DNA of 64,000 bases from Alphaproteobacteria bacterium. GTDB lineage: Bacteria; Pseudomonadota; Alphaproteobacteria; TMED109. The notes under the pieces were generated by a model. The model was not told the origin of the DNA. It saw only the letters and a list, made by a program, of their open reading frames with translations, and ran no database searches. Both the position numbers and the translations under genes were made by a program. Position 1 is the stretch's first letter, and each line of letters opens with the position of its first letter. Below, piece by piece: positions 62,810 to 64,000 of this stretch. The stretch spans positions 2,798,222-2,862,221 of the forward strand of contig OZ220465.1 of the NCBI GenBank assembly GCA_965115815.1, written 5' to 3'.

Positions 62810-63130
62810 ATGTCCATTGTCCACGAAGTCGCAACCATGACGGCGAAAGGTCAGATCACCCTGCCCAGAACGGTCCGTCAGGCGCTGGGGGTCGATGTCG
62901 GTGCCAAGGTGGCATTCGAACTCCACGATGATGGACAGATCGTCGTCAGCCGTGCCGATGCCGAACATGAAGATCCAGCGATCGGTGCGTTCCTGGGTCT
63001 GCTTGCCGGTGATATCCGAGCCGGACGGCATGTTCGGGCGATTCCGGACGATCTGGCACAGGACATGCTCAGACATGCGGAGCGCGAATCGGGACCGGGC
63101 GAGGATATCGACGGCGACGTCGATCTTTGA
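62810..63130 (+). CDS. prlF: AbrB/SpoVT-fold antitoxin PrlF (SohA)
   Basis: AAGGAG 8 nt upstream of ATG 62810. ..ATMTAKGQITLPRTVRQALGVDVGAKVAFEL..DPAIGAFLGLLAGDI. Confidence 0.8.
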   Translation: MSIVHEVATMTAKGQITLPRTVRQALGVDVGAKVAFELHDDGQIVVSRADAEHEDPAIGAFLGLLAGDIRAGRHVRAIPDDLAQDMLRHAERESGPGEDIDGDVDL

Positions 63131-63588
63131 TGCAGCGCCACGGATGGACGCTGCTGTTCCACGATTGCCTCATCGACCAGTTGCGCAAGCTCCACAATGC
63201 AGTCCAACGCGCACAAAGAAGCGATCCGACGGGGTTCGCGTCCAATGCGAACATCAAGTTGTTCCATGCGTTGAGCCGGCTAATACTGGAAGTCGTCCCG
63301 CTTGACCCATCCCGGGGCGAGTACCGCTAGGGCAGCACGCTCGGCCCGCGCTACCGCCATTGGCGGCGCGCCAGGATCGGCAGACGGTTCCGATTGTTCT
63401 TCCGATATGACGCGAGGGCGAAGGTGATCGTCTACGCGTGGGTCAACGATCAATCCACGCTGCGCTCCTCGGGGAGCAGGACCGATCCGTACACCGTCTT
63501 CGCCAAGATGCTCGCAAGGGGAAATCCGCCCGATGACTGGGCCTCGTTGATGGCGGCTTCAAGGCAGGGTTGGAAGGCGGAGAAGTAA
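63127..63588 (+). pseudogene. yhaV: toxin YhaV, single in-frame TAG (63328-63330)
   Basis: ..GWTLLFHDCLIDQL..DPSRGEYR*GSTLG..HWRRARIGRRFRLFFRYD..VIVYAWVNDQSTLRSSGSRTDPYTVFAKMLARGNPPDDW. Both halves share a frame. Confidence 0.8.
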
Positions 63589-63646
63589 CCGCTTTCAGGC
63601 TGTGTCAGCTCGCGAGAGGGCAGAGACACCCAAGCGAATACTCTCA

Positions 63647-63829
63647 GAGCCTGTACGGAAACTATTGAGCGGTCCCGACTCTGGCCGCTCGTGCAAAGTA
63701 TCGGCGTCGGAGAGACCGCTTCGAAAGCAATCTGACAGATGTGGAATGGGCTTGTTTGATCCCGATGTACTCTCCAGCCACATCGCAGATACCAGAATCG
63801 GGACCGCTCAATAGTTTCCGCACAGGCTC
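63647..63829 (+). mobile_element. MITE-1 copy 5
   Basis: Full-length copy, flanked by TCA/TCA. Lies just downstream of yhaV. Confidence 0.85.
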
Positions 63830-63990
63830 TCAGCATTCGCCACTGGGCAGCTTCGGCAATTCCAACCGGCGCAGGCCGGGAATGTGTGGTGGCCTCGATT
63901 GGGGGCGGCTCCCGTTGTCGGACGATCCCGTCGCTACGGGTGACGAAATCCGCCCATAGCAGACGTGCGCCGGAACCGGGAAGTTCAAGT

Positions 63991-64000
63991 GTATCTACTC
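63991..64000. mobile_element. probable start of another MITE-2 copy at the window edge
   Basis: The last 10 nt, GTATCTACTC, equal the MITE-2 terminus. Too short to be sure. Confidence 0.35.

Overview
High-GC, alphaproteobacterium-like chromosomal window, read by eye without search tools. Element ends come from manual alignment of repeats. Family names come from motif recognition. Ordinary genes form three blocks. (i) 1-8.2 kb: carB(partial)-greA-trxB-LysR regulator, and convergent to them a molybdopterin oxidoreductase + msrP pair. (ii) 11.4-13.7 kb: cytochrome P460, DUF3179 protein and an intradiol-dioxygenase-like protein. (iii) 27.2-41.1 kb: soxXYZA, a divergent cytochrome c + FccB/SoxF-like flavoprotein, membrane protein, aldo/keto reductase, CoA-transferase, hisC, GST, tldD, MPN/JAMM protein, rluD and rpoH. 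Two very dense mobile-element graveyards (8.4-27.1 kb and 43.1-64 kb) separate these blocks. They contain: three related IS4/Tn5-like elements (A, B, D1/D2) and an ISAs1-like element (C1/C2), all carrying an N-terminal DUF4338 (DruA-like) domain; two IS5/IS427 copies; two IS3-family elements; IS630; IS110; an IS66 remnant; three copies of an ISNCY-like element (E1-E3); four MITE families; an RT/maturase-encoding group II intron hit by three ISs; and three copies or fragments of an ORF-less group II intron. Two type II TA modules (DUF3018-MazF-like, PrlF-YhaV) have broken toxin genes. No tRNA, rRNA or CRISPR array was recognised. Most interesting observations: (1) non-autonomous group II introns sit in the DV/DVI linker of the autonomous intron; (2) a MITE-mediated ~5.6 kb inversion splits one of them; (3) paralogue decay has a strong A:T->C:G substitution signature, including recurrent TAT->TAG nonsense codons; (4) the DUF4338 domain is fused to two unrelated DDE transposase families; (5) in-frame tandem-repeat expansions, one collagen-like, lie inside transposase genes; (6) IS nests have clean target-site duplications; (7) a head-to-tail IS pair carries an IS630 in its junction.
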